From: Escherichia phage LAMP
DNA: 64,000 nt
Strand: one strand, 5' to 3'
Sequence record: MG673519.1
Positions 50,182 through 59,206 of the stretch are shown piece by piece. Both the position numbers and the translations under genes were made by a program. Under the pieces are notes generated by a model. It saw only the letters and a program-made list of their open reading frames with translations. It ran no database searches and was not told the origin of the DNA. Each line of letters starts with the position of its first letter. Within the stretch, counting starts at the first letter, position 1.

Positions 50182-50795
50182 AACGAATCCACCAACGTAA
50201 TATTATAATTGCTAAGATTTTCAGAGATGTGATGAAAATATTCCAGAAGTCGCATCGGTTGCTGACCATAAGAGTCACGAGATGCTTCCAGATCTACTTG
50301 TCCTACCAGTGCACCTTTATAATGCACTTTACCATCTGTAGGGTTGATGTAAATGTAACGAGTGACCAATCCATCAAACTCTGGATTGAACAAACTGTAA
50401 ACCATCTCCCCAGAGATAGAACGACCAATCCCAGGAGCATTTCGAATCTTATTACCCATTAAACCCTTTGCTCTCTGACGAACAGGGTTAATATGAGTCC
50501 AGCTCACAGTGTTACCGTTATGGAACAGATAACCAACATCAGGTGATTCAAGAATCAAGGTTGGGTCGAACACTGGAATATTCATCACAATGTTTCGAAG
50601 ATTCCCATGCTCGTTCTTGTACCACTGCTCTACAACAAAATACAGAGCCTGCTCTGCTTCGTGAGAGAAGTCATCGCTGCGGAAGTTACCGCTCTGCTCA
50701 ACACCAATCACAAAACATGGAAGGTTGATATTACCTGCTCGTTTAGCAATCCATGTACCGTTATAGTAATGAGAAAAATCAGATACTAAGCTCAC
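50178..50795 (-). CDS. hypothetical protein
   Basis: 205-aa ORF, start and stop overlap neighbours. Confidence 0.4.
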   Translation of the reverse strand: MSLVSDFSHYYNGTWIAKRAGNINLPCFVIGVEQSGNFRSDDFSHEAEQALYFVVEQWYKNEHGNLRNIVMNIPVFDPTLILESPDVGYLFHNGNTVSWTHINPVRQRAKGLMGNKIRNAPGIGRSISGEMVYSLFNPEFDGLVTRYIYINPTDGKVHYKGALVGQVDLEASRDSYGQQPMRLLEYFHHISENLSNYNITLVDSL

Positions 50796-50804
50796 GATAA
50801 CCTC

Positions 50805-51611
50805 TTATGCTACCTGAAGGCGTTTAATCTGCTGGTCCGCTTCTTTAACGTTATTACCGTTAATGATTTCATGAAGCTTCTCAATCGGAAGGCGAGAGTG
50901 CAATGCCATCAGAGTGGACATGTCACACTGCTGAACAACCTTGTCAACCTGATCATAAACAAACTTACGGTTTTCACGATCACTAATCCAGAAGTTAGAC
51001 AGGGAACGATATTCAATACCATAGTCCTTGTAGCGGATTGCAGATGCTTTACCGTAGAGTTCTTTACGGCGAGTGTCTTTATCCATAATAACTGCTGGGA
51101 GGGATAGGAAGTAGTCACACAGCACACCCAGCATCATCTGAGTTTGCAGGGTGATATCCAAAGCACCAACTACGCCAAGATGTACGTGACCACCGGCAGT
51201 ACGAAGCCCCTTATTTTGAGAAGTCGGGGATGGGTTCTTCTGACCAGTGAAAGCGTTGAAATCAGGAGTACATCCAAAGATGAACGCTGATTCATTGAAA
51301 GTCTTCATCTCTTCTTCAGTGAAGATGTGAGAGCTAACACCCGGAGCTGTTTCCATGTCCAGTTTGTTCAGGACATTATTGGTGAGATCGATACCACGTT
51401 GCATGTTGTCATTAAACGCTTCAAAACCGCTCTGTGGGTCAATATCAAACTCAGCCAGTACGTTGTCCTCTTGAAGACGAACATCCTTAGCCAGAGCGAT
51501 CTTATCGTCCTTAGAACAACCTAACAGACCAGCTACAGAGGTGATGATTCCTTTGCTGGTACGAACGAACATTTCCGGATCCGATCCTATTAAGAATTTG
51601 CGCTTAGTCAT
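50805..51611 (-). CDS. hypothetical protein, possibly second amidoligase-like enzyme
   Basis: GSDPEMFV and GGHVHLG motifs loosely parallel the neighbouring amidoligase. Confidence 0.35.
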   Translation of the reverse strand: MTKRKFLIGSDPEMFVRTSKGIITSVAGLLGCSKDDKIALAKDVRLQEDNVLAEFDIDPQSGFEAFNDNMQRGIDLTNNVLNKLDMETAPGVSSHIFTEEEMKTFNESAFIFGCTPDFNAFTGQKNPSPTSQNKGLRTAGGHVHLGVVGALDITLQTQMMLGVLCDYFLSLPAVIMDKDTRRKELYGKASAIRYKDYGIEYRSLSNFWISDRENRKFVYDQVDKVVQQCDMSTLMALHSRLPIEKLHEIINGNNVKEADQQIKRLQVA

Positions 51612-52575
51612 TGTAATACTCCACTAGTTCAGAAAAGAGAGATGAGATTGTGTTACCGATTTCTTCAGGATTAAGACCAGAATCGATTCCAGTACGCTGA
51701 ATTATTCGTGCTGTAAAGTTTTGTACTGTAATGTTTTCCAACTTATTGTCTATTGCTTCACGTTTGTGACCATAACAGTTGGACCAGAGTTTTAACCACT
51801 CTGACATTGTTTCATACTCATCCGGATCTTGATCTTTAGCACGAGCAAATCTTCGTAAGACATCTGTGTTGTGGTTACGAACATAACCATTCTCGTTGTC
51901 ACCAACACCGAAGGGGTTTTGAACCCATACTTGCTTCGTGTATTCATCAGAGTCAACAACCAAAGGAAGGAATGCTGCTGCTGACATATTGTTGTCAATA
52001 ACAACAGACGTGCTTTCACTACTCCCATTGGAAGCTCCTCGTTGAGACCACCTACCAAAGAAGTCACGACCCAACCCAGCTAACAATAGAGCGATGCCAA
52101 TGCGTTTACGCTTCAGCCACTCTTCCCTGTCTTCAATTCCTTCTGCTAGGAAATCCATTCCACGATACTGCCCTTCCAAAATGCTACGGAAGAGCATAAG
52201 TCCTGTGAAGATTTGATCTGCTGGATGCTCACGGAGGTTGACAGCTACGCTATTCGCTGAAGTGATTGTGAATACATCGCGATAGCAAGACATGGAGTTC
52301 ATAATATCTGCTGTTTCAACCAAGTTCTTTTCAATATAAGATGCATCATGACCGTGAAAAGAGTGAGTCCAGTAATTCAGCATCTCCAGTTGCAAGTTGA
52401 TATCACGGTTGAAGCGTCTATAACGCCCCTCTTCCATGATAACTTCGCCATTAATATCGCTTACACATTGGCCTTGCATGTAGTTGTGAATACCGAAGCA
52501 CCCACGACCTAAGAACTTCTGTTCCCCTAAATCTTGTTGAAGATTCAGAGGTACGATCGTTGTGGAGATTGACAT
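51604..52575 (-). CDS. hypothetical protein
   Basis: 323-aa ORF in coupled operon. Confidence 0.4.
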   Translation of the reverse strand: MSISTTIVPLNLQQDLGEQKFLGRGCFGIHNYMQGQCVSDINGEVIMEEGRYRRFNRDINLQLEMLNYWTHSFHGHDASYIEKNLVETADIMNSMSCYRDVFTITSANSVAVNLREHPADQIFTGLMLFRSILEGQYRGMDFLAEGIEDREEWLKRKRIGIALLLAGLGRDFFGRWSQRGASNGSSESTSVVIDNNMSAAAFLPLVVDSDEYTKQVWVQNPFGVGDNENGYVRNHNTDVLRRFARAKDQDPDEYETMSEWLKLWSNCYGHKREAIDNKLENITVQNFTARIIQRTGIDSGLNPEEIGNTISSLFSELVEYYND

Positions 52576-52585
52576 AACTAACCTT

Positions 52586-53785
52586 TTATTTTCCTAAAAA
52601 TAATCCGCTCATAATACCATCCCACTCAGAGGATGGAATCACTGAATACTCCGAACTTTGGTCCAGAGTTCCACTACTAAATCGCTGAACAATGTTATAG
52701 ATGTTGAACAGGTCTTTAGCCTCAGTACGGATACCGTAGACTAATTTATCAAATGTTCTTTCATCTTTAGATACCCGACGAGCAAAATTAACCAGAAGGT
52801 TGTCACATTTAAGCGTTTCTGACCCACTCTCTACCAAATCAGGGTGCATCACAGGCAAGAACATCGAGTTGTTAACTCGCAATTCTGCTGTTTCATCATT
52901 CTCATAATGAATCCACTTAAAATCTTCATCACGAAAGTGACCGCATCCATCTCTGTATGACTGTTGACGCCAAGGCACTTGAAATGCTTCAGCGTATTTA
53001 TCAGCCATGCCGACTGTAAACAGCGACGCTGGGAAGATACAAGCATCCCAATCATTACCGACCAGAGTTGCTTTCGTTTCACCCAAGAGGTTAGTATAAG
53101 TGCTAACCATTCGGGAATAAATATAAGCCTGAAGGATTGTCCAACCTTCAATCAACCATTTATGAAGGAAGGTTTCAACTTGACTCTCTTCGTCTTCGCA
53201 ATAGAAGGTTCGGTCTAGCATTAAATAGAACAGACAACGATCAGCAGGGATGTTCTCAGTTGCTACACCCATAAAACCTTTCTCGTGCCAGCGTAAACAG
53301 GAGGGACGATCTTTGTCCACAAATGCTTCCATAGCTTCCAGTACAGCACGAGGTGAGGTTTGGTATTCAGGGTTTTTACTATTCCAACGATCAATGTTGT
53401 TCTTAGGAGGTGTGTCTTCATCTTCATACGAACACCAACTTAAAGCTTCAGATACGTGCTTTTCATCACACCAATGCCTAAAACCTAACATCTTCATGTG
53501 AGTTCCGGAGTTCCAGATATGCTTGATTTTACACATATCCATCTCTCGGCTTAACAGGAACTCTTCCCCATCAGCACTACGAACGTTAGCTTCTTCATTC
53601 CACACTCGAACGTGCATATTCCACCCATAAGTTGCCTCATACGTGTTAGGGTCGAAGTAGTCGTCGTATTCGTCATCATCTTCATCAACGCCACCGTTAT
53701 AGTTTCGGAGCTGAAGGAATCCATAGCAAGGAGGATAGACCGTTAAAACTCTACCTTCAATATCTTCTAATGTTACTGGAAACAT
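52586..53785 (-). CDS. hypothetical protein (Trp/Cys/His-rich)
   Basis: 399-aa ORF in coupled operon. Confidence 0.4.
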   Translation of the reverse strand: MFPVTLEDIEGRVLTVYPPCYGFLQLRNYNGGVDEDDDEYDDYFDPNTYEATYGWNMHVRVWNEEANVRSADGEEFLLSREMDMCKIKHIWNSGTHMKMLGFRHWCDEKHVSEALSWCSYEDEDTPPKNNIDRWNSKNPEYQTSPRAVLEAMEAFVDKDRPSCLRWHEKGFMGVATENIPADRCLFYLMLDRTFYCEDEESQVETFLHKWLIEGWTILQAYIYSRMVSTYTNLLGETKATLVGNDWDACIFPASLFTVGMADKYAEAFQVPWRQQSYRDGCGHFRDEDFKWIHYENDETAELRVNNSMFLPVMHPDLVESGSETLKCDNLLVNFARRVSKDERTFDKLVYGIRTEAKDLFNIYNIVQRFSSGTLDQSSEYSVIPSSEWDGIMSGLFLGK

Positions 53786-53796
53786 TATACCAACCT

Positions 53797-54159
53797 CTAT
53801 TGGTTTTTAATCAACTCAATAGACTTACGGATATAAAGAATATCTCGGAAGTTTCTGTAGTTGTTCATAAATTGATGCTTCTGGAACTCAGCTTCTTCCA
53901 GAGCTTTCTTTGCGTCTGCGTAGTTTTTACGGGCAAGATATACAACCCGCTCTGGTAACATGTTTGCACGATGGATTAGATACTTGTGAGCTTTCATATT
54001 GCTTTGCTCACGAGCAATCTTACCTTTAGCAACTTTGATACCATTTGCAATCCAAGCAAGTTCTTGCTCAAGCTCATCGTTGGACATTCCACCGAGGTTT
54101 GATGCAACCTTGTTCAGAGTTTCAATATTAACGTTGCCCTTGATGGGACGTGTATTCAT
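53797..54159 (-). CDS. hypothetical protein
   Basis: 120-aa ORF. Confidence 0.4.
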   Translation of the reverse strand: MNTRPIKGNVNIETLNKVASNLGGMSNDELEQELAWIANGIKVAKGKIAREQSNMKAHKYLIHRANMLPERVVYLARKNYADAKKALEEAEFQKHQFMNNYRNFRDILYIRKSIELIKNQ

Positions 54160-54161
54160 AC

Positions 54162-54314
54162 TTACTCCTGTTGTTTACACTCGTCAATAACCCACTGATA
54201 AGTGGATTGCCCAGAAAAGAAACACTGAATAAATCCAGACGTTCTCTGCGTTACCAGTGCTAGTGCACAAATCACTACCGCTGCTGCTAGCAGTTTTAAA
54301 TCTAATTTAGACAT
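54162..54314 (-). CDS. small secreted or membrane protein
   Basis: ATG at 54314 preceded by gagagga; signal-peptide-like LLAAAVVICALALV. Confidence 0.35.
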   Translation of the reverse strand: MSKLDLKLLAAAVVICALALVTQRTSGFIQCFFSGQSTYQWVIDECKQQE

Positions 54315-54544
54315 ATTTCCTCTCATTGAATTTAAAAAAGGACTCTCCGAAAAGAGCCAAGCTTTAAATCCAAAAAAGATATTACCCAATATCTGTGGAT
54401 AACCTGCTCTTAAAATATCTATCCGACGGATGTTTGAGGAACACTCCTCGCCCTAGCATCGGCCCCATACGGGAAATAAATTAAGATTAGGTTAGTTGAG
54501 TCAGAATAACTCACATAGCCTTCTCCGGAAGAAGGCTATAGATG

Positions 54545-54778
54545 TTACTCGCCTTTCTTAGCACGATCTTTGGCAGTTTTGCCAGTGCGGATGCGGTGTG
54601 AAACGTTAACCAGAGTGCCACCATCAACTACGGTAACGCTCTTGTTTTTAGCCAGATCAAACACAGCCTTCTCTGTGCCACCCAAGCGAATTTGCTTAGG
54701 TTCACTGAAGGTTTGGGTTGATTTAGATTGGAACTGGAACGGTTGACGGATTGCATCAATTGCACTTACTTTAGACAT
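54545..54778 (-). CDS. hypothetical protein
   Basis: 77-aa ORF followed by a 9-bp-stem hairpin. Confidence 0.35.
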   Translation of the reverse strand: MSKVSAIDAIRQPFQFQSKSTQTFSEPKQIRLGGTEKAVFDLAKNKSVTVVDGGTLVNVSHRIRTGKTAKDRAKKGE

Positions 54779-55008
54779 AGGGGAAATTCCTTAAAAATCA
54801 TGGCTGCGTAGAGGGAATTCCCTACGCAAATTAGGCCGCCTAAAAAGAGGCGTCATAGTACTAAAAGGAGGAGAGAAGAGGACTTATTTAGCTACCTTTT
54901 TCTGTCCGTTTACGAACCAGATAATTGAACCATCAGACTGTCGTTGACCGAAGCCTTTCTGGTTGATCATATCGTCATAAGAATATGCTTTAGGTCTCAT
55001 TTGTTTTC

Positions 55009-55257
55009 CTACGGAGTTAAGATAATTTCAGCCTTACTAAACTTCTCACCAACAACCGTGTCACCAGATACGACACGAACTTCGCCCGTACCTAGATTAA
55101 CAGCTACAGCAGGTTGACAACCACTGCTCTTAGCTGTCAGCATATAAATCTTTTGATTCTGGCACTCTTGGAGTGTGAACACGTCCGTCACATTTAGATC
55201 TCTTACTCGGAGGATTTTTTCCTCTTTGCCTTTAACTTTAATGTTAATAATGCTCAT
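55009..55257 (-). CDS. hypothetical small protein (paralog of 55260-55502)
   Basis: Shares VNL(G/M)TG(E/V) and basic N-terminus with neighbour. Confidence 0.35.
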   Translation of the reverse strand: MSIINIKVKGKEEKILRVRDLNVTDVFTLQECQNQKIYMLTAKSSGCQPAVAVNLGTGEVRVVSGDTVVGEKFSKAEIILTP

Positions 55258-55259
55258 GA

Positions 55260-55502
55260 TTACTCCTGAACCACTGACATACGAATCATTTCAACCTGAG
55301 TATCACTCTTCATAACACCCAAAACACCAGTCATAAGATTAACTGTAGTAATCCAGTCTTTTTCTACAGAGATTTTGCTGGATACATTGGCAACACGCAT
55401 ATAATACTGAGGTGCTGAACCTTGTTGGATTACGAAAGGATTTCCGGGAATAATTGTAGCCAGTGAAACAGTGTTATCCTTTTTCTTTGGGATGATCTTC
55501 AT
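55260..55502 (-). CDS. hypothetical small protein (paralog of 55009-55257)
   Basis: Tandem arrangement with similar length and motifs. Confidence 0.35.
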   Translation of the reverse strand: MKIIPKKKDNTVSLATIIPGNPFVIQQGSAPQYYMRVANVSSKISVEKDWITTVNLMTGVLGVMKSDTQVEMIRMSVVQE

Positions 55503-55510
55503 ATTGATTC

Positions 55511-55822
55511 CTATTTAAGTTTGAGGCTAATATTAAGGTGCATACATGCCCTGTTCTGTACAGCAGCATAACTTCTACCGAGCATTTCAGCCATTCTCTG
55601 AATAGGCATAAACCCAGCATTACGGATAAGGAACTGATCTTCTTCTTTAGACCACTTAACTCGGAGTACAGCTCTTGATATACCGAACTTAGTGCAGGCT
55701 GTATTAACTGCATTCTCCGTTACATTCATAATCTGAGCAACCTCTTGAACCGAGTACTCTTTGATTAGTCTCCGAAGATTTTCAATCTGCATCGGAGTCC
55801 ATATAGTTCTTCGTGCTTTCAT
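55511..55822 (-). CDS. DNA-binding protein with two Myb/SANT-like helix-turn-helix repeats
   Basis: Two repeats starting W(T/S)...; HTH-like segments VQEVAQIMNVTENAV and IQRMAEMLGRSYAAVQNR. Confidence 0.4.
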   Translation of the reverse strand: MKARRTIWTPMQIENLRRLIKEYSVQEVAQIMNVTENAVNTACTKFGISRAVLRVKWSKEEDQFLIRNAGFMPIQRMAEMLGRSYAAVQNRACMHLNISLKLK

Positions 55823-55887
55823 ATACCCTCCAATTAAACATTTATATAAGACTTGCTTAGATAAAGATTCAATAAAATAGGGGGAGG

Positions 55888-55923
55888 GGACGAATCCTCC
55901 CTTATCCTATTAATTAGTATTGC
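55888..55923 (-). terminator. terminator-like imperfect hairpin
   Basis: aatagggggagg...cctcccttatcctatt with T-rich tract on minus strand. Confidence 0.45.
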
Positions 55924-56118
55924 ATGTAAGATCTAACAATCGGTTTCCTTTGTAGGAATAAGCGTTATGCTCATCCAGCACTAAACTCCCGCCCCCTTAG
56001 TGGGCTGGGTTATTAAAGGGTAACGCCCTTATGGGCTAGTTACGTGAATGTTAGTTTGATAGGAGATCTGAAGTCCTATCTCAAAGGACTCTCGTAAGAA
56101 TCCTTCACGATAAGCTCT

Positions 56119-56340
56119 TTAGTAAACTAAGCCTACAACCTTTGCATCAGGCTGAGGCACTACTTGTGCATTAGGGCGATAACCGTCTACCGAACCATTC
56201 CAAAGATTGACGCAGGTGATATACCCGTCATTTAAGAAATCTGTTTTAATCCAGAAATGTTTATCATGCCCAAAAACATCCCCGTTAGAGAGGGAGGAGA
56301 GCTCAACAGTTTTAAGTGACTGCTTAGAGTCTAGTTTCAT
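56119..56340 (-). CDS. hypothetical protein
   Basis: 73-aa ORF. Confidence 0.35.
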   Translation of the reverse strand: MKLDSKQSLKTVELSSLSNGDVFGHDKHFWIKTDFLNDGYITCVNLWNGSVDGYRPNAQVVPQPDAKVVGLVY

Positions 56341-56349
56341 ATAAGTTCC

Positions 56350-56547
56350 TTAATATACCAAACCCTGTAAGAGAAACACCCTCTTTGTAAGCTCTGCTTT
56401 AGCTCTGTAATAAGCCTTAGAACCTAACAAGCGGTCCTTAACAAAGAACTTAATGTCATTGCTAACATCTTGTATTAAACGCTCCTGCACAGCTTCTGAG
56501 GAGTTATTAATCGAATCAATTAACACCTTTGTAGATGTGTAATTCAT
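56350..56547 (-). CDS. hypothetical protein
   Basis: 65-aa ORF. Confidence 0.3.
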   Translation of the reverse strand: MNYTSTKVLIDSINNSSEAVQERLIQDVSNDIKFFVKDRLLGSKAYYRAKAELTKRVFLLQGLVY

Positions 56548-56548
56548 A

Positions 56549-56830
56549 CTACCACTCCTTACCAGACGTTGTTACAGAACCGCTACACCACTGTGCATTC
56601 GACAGTGTTTTAGTTTCTTCATCAACAGCTGCACCATTAAGGCAAGAGATCCCATTATAGCGCATATCAATCTCACCAGAAGGAACCTTGTTCCCTGAAT
56701 GCCAGCGAGATACGCACACACCTTCAACAGCTACTGCACACCATCCATCAGGACGGCTCTGTACGCAGCCTGTAAGGGCCACACAGACAATGAAGATACA
56801 GATTAAGGATATTACACCACCCCAACTCAT
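56549..56830 (-). CDS. lipoprotein with Cys-rich mature domain
   Basis: Signal peptide with lipobox LTGC (LICIFIVCVALTGC). Confidence 0.5.
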   Translation of the reverse strand: MSWGGVISLICIFIVCVALTGCVQSRPDGWCAVAVEGVCVSRWHSGNKVPSGEIDMRYNGISCLNGAAVDEETKTLSNAQWCSGSVTTSGKEW

Positions 56831-56849
56831 AACTATCTCCTAATTAATT

Positions 56850-56925
56850 TGGTGCGCCCTACAGGATTTGAACCTGTAACCAATAGCTTAGAAGGCTACT
56901 GCTCTATCCATTGAGCTAAGAGCGC
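56850..56925 (-). tRNA. tRNA-Arg(UCU): tRNA-Arg, anticodon UCU, CCA encoded
   Basis: Hand-folded cloverleaf: 7-bp acceptor stem, D-arm GCTC/GAGC, anticodon loop CTTCTAA, 5-nt variable loop, T-arm ACAGG-TTCAAAT-CCTGT, discriminator A, CCA. Confidence 0.9.
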
Positions 56926-56988
56926 TTAATTTATTTAGATCATATCTCGCTTGGTGATAGGACCACACACTTTACATTCATACCAACC

Positions 56989-57240
56989 TCAAGCACATGC
57001 AGGGAGTGTGATGATTTCAGGTTTACCTTCGAACTCTTCAAACAAACCCAAGAATGTAGGACTGTAAGTACCAGTACAAACAAACTCATCAAACAGTTCG
57101 TTATAGCTAGGCTTAATCTTCCAAGCCCATACATAACCCATCTTGTCAATTGCAATGTAACGAGTGTTTAGAGGAACAGTCATCATCACACCATCAACTT
57201 CGACCACTTTAGTGATTGGTGCAGCTTGGAAGTTTTTCAT
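56989..57240 (-). CDS. hypothetical protein
   Basis: 83-aa ORF. Confidence 0.35.
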   Translation of the reverse strand: MKNFQAAPITKVVEVDGVMMTVPLNTRYIAIDKMGYVWAWKIKPSYNELFDEFVCTGTYSPTFLGLFEEFEGKPEIITLPACA

Positions 57241-57292
57241 ACTTTACCTTTAATTAAAACAACAAAGGCCACCCAATCGGGCAGCCTTTCTT

Positions 57293-57544
57293 TTATTGAC
57301 TCACACCACGAATCAAATGATTCTGTAGCATTTCATCTTCTGCATTATAAAGGAATGCGAACATCAATTCCTTAGCCACATCTCTTGAGCAGTTAAGACA
57401 CTTAGAGATTTGAGCTAGTTGCATATTACGTTCGGTGTGCTCCACTAAGGCAATGCGAATGATCTCTCGCATACCTATTACATGGGCTGTTTTAACCGGC
57501 ATAGGTCCAATTACCTTGCTTGTCACGGATAGTGGACATTGCAT
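57293..57544 (-). CDS. hypothetical protein
   Basis: 83-aa ORF; an alternative 46-aa ORF upstream in another frame makes the start uncertain. Confidence 0.3.
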   Translation of the reverse strand: MQCPLSVTSKVIGPMPVKTAHVIGMREIIRIALVEHTERNMQLAQISKCLNCSRDVAKELMFAFLYNAEDEMLQNHLIRGVSQ

Positions 57545-57932
57545 GAAGCCAGAATCCTTCCAGTTTCAGAGCACCATTAGTTACTGCATCCATACGTTCA
57601 GGGCGGTTCATACGTTTGGTTGATACTTTCATACCTATCTCTCTTTGTTAGTGGAGGCATTATTGCCAGTTGATATAGCAGATAGCCCTATTAAAAAGGA
57701 CTACCGACTATCTAAACTGGTGAAGACTCCCTACCCCTAGGAAGTCTCCTGAATCCCAAACCAATATGTACCCCTACATATCAGAAAGTCTACCGAAAAT
57801 TAACAGGTTTTAGTCTAACACCGGATGTTCGAGCAAGCTCTCCCTAGCGGTGTGGCATATGCCTGATTTAATAAGTTAATGAGGAACACCCTCACATAGC
57901 CCTCTGATAAGCACAAGGGCTATAAGTCGGTG

Positions 57933-58229
57933 TTACTTGTCGGCTTCAATCTCTTGATGCTTAGCTATAGCTACTCGCAAGTCCTCATTAGCACGAGTAA
58001 GGCGTAATACTTCATGGTTGAGATTCTTAAGACGCTTGTTTCTATCTTCAACTTGCGTAATAAGATCATTAAGAGTTGCTTTAACTTTCTCATTATACAT
58101 CTCATCCACTCGGACTAGAGATTTGTACATTCTCTCCCAGCTTGCTGCTTTGTTCCTAAGGATAATAAATCCTATAACGCTGATAGTTAAACAGCTTACA
58201 AAAAGGAATTTATATATCTCTAAAGTCAT
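57933..58229 (-). CDS. membrane-anchored coiled-coil protein (holin- or spanin-like)
   Basis: N-terminal TM FLFVSCLTISVIGFIIL followed by charged helical region. Confidence 0.4.
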   Translation of the reverse strand: MTLEIYKFLFVSCLTISVIGFIILRNKAASWERMYKSLVRVDEMYNEKVKATLNDLITQVEDRNKRLKNLNHEVLRLTRANEDLRVAIAKHQEIEADK

Positions 58230-58428
58230 ATTATTTACCCTTTATCAGAGATTAAAAGTAATATTATTTAAGTAAGTTATATTTAGTAAACTTATTTTCT
58301 AAGAAATTTTCAAAGGGTCTATATACAGAGCATTACCCATAGTCCCAGAACACTACCATCTTTTTCAATAAATTTACTAAGTGGTTGGTTTATAAAGGAA
58401 TTTAGTTTGTCAAATCTGGCACTAGTGA

Positions 58429-58818
58429 TTATTCCCTAGAGCTATTATCGAACACTAAATCACCACAATACATAGGATTGGCATACCATTTTGGCACCCC
58501 TTCGCTCTTACTTTGAAAGTAAGTCCCACTGTACAGCGGAACATAATTCTTCTTAAGGGCACGTTTAGCAAGTCGCTCGCTTTCTCCAATGGCTTGCTTA
58601 GTCATCGGATTTTTATCACGAATCAGCTTTACATAACGTTTATAAGGTTTCTCCTGTTTTAATAGTACCGGAATCCACTCAAACTGGTTATTTTGTCTTA
58701 TCACCTGTTCAGCGGTCAGTTTTCGTTGAGCCATTCTGTTTATTACGGTATCCGCAACCATAGCTTTACATGCGGTTGGCTGATTCCCTGCCTCATAATA
58801 AATAGTCAATGTCAACAT
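58429..58818 (-). CDS. cell wall hydrolase (SleB / Hydrolase_2-like)
   Basis: N-terminal IYYEAGNQP...VADTVINRM resembles the EARGE...V.NR motif of SleB-type hydrolases. Confidence 0.5.
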   Translation of the reverse strand: MLTLTIYYEAGNQPTACKAMVADTVINRMAQRKLTAEQVIRQNNQFEWIPVLLKQEKPYKRYVKLIRDKNPMTKQAIGESERLAKRALKKNYVPLYSGTYFQSKSEGVPKWYANPMYCGDLVFDNSSRE

Positions 58819-58866
58819 TAGCTGGGCCGTTGTTATCAGAACTTGCTACCTCCTGTTTTACGGGCA

Positions 58867-58893
58867 TAAAAAAGCCCCAGCCGTAGCCGGGGC
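58867..58893 (-). terminator. rho-independent terminator
   Basis: gcccc...ggggc hairpin followed by TTTTTT on the minus strand. Confidence 0.6.
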
Positions 58894-58954
58894 AAACCTG
58901 AAAGCAACGCATGACCGTTGCTATAAATACACTCGCAAATGCACTTACAGCAAC

Positions 58955-58978
58955 GCAAAAAGCCGCTCAAAGGCGGCT
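58955..58978 (-). terminator. rho-independent terminator
   Basis: agccgc-ctttga-gcggct hairpin followed by TTTTTG on the minus strand. Confidence 0.6.
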
Positions 58979-59028
58979 ATGCGGAAGCTTCAAATGGGGA
59001 GGGCACGACGCTACAGAAAGAGCGTCAT

Positions 59029-59206
59029 AGTACTAAAAAGAGAGGCTATTGGAGAGGTTACTTATTGCCTTCTTTAATGCCTTGTTTTCTTGTTTAACCA
59101 ATTCGTTTTCTTCTTGCAAGGATGCTACCAGATGGACCAGAACATCAACTACTGAATCACCTTGCCGCATCTCTCTGACTTTATTTAGAATCTCTGAATA
59201 AATCAT
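59029..59206 (-). CDS. small coiled-coil protein (59 aa, below ORF-track cutoff)
   Basis: ATGA start/stop overlap with upstream gene; hand translation MIYSEILNKVREMRQGDSVVDV... Confidence 0.3.

Noticed and set aside
55888-55923. Possible second tRNA suggested by GGACGAATCC resembling a T-arm
   Set aside because: The flanking sequence cannot form acceptor, D or anticodon arms; it folds as one long imperfect hairpin consistent with a terminator.
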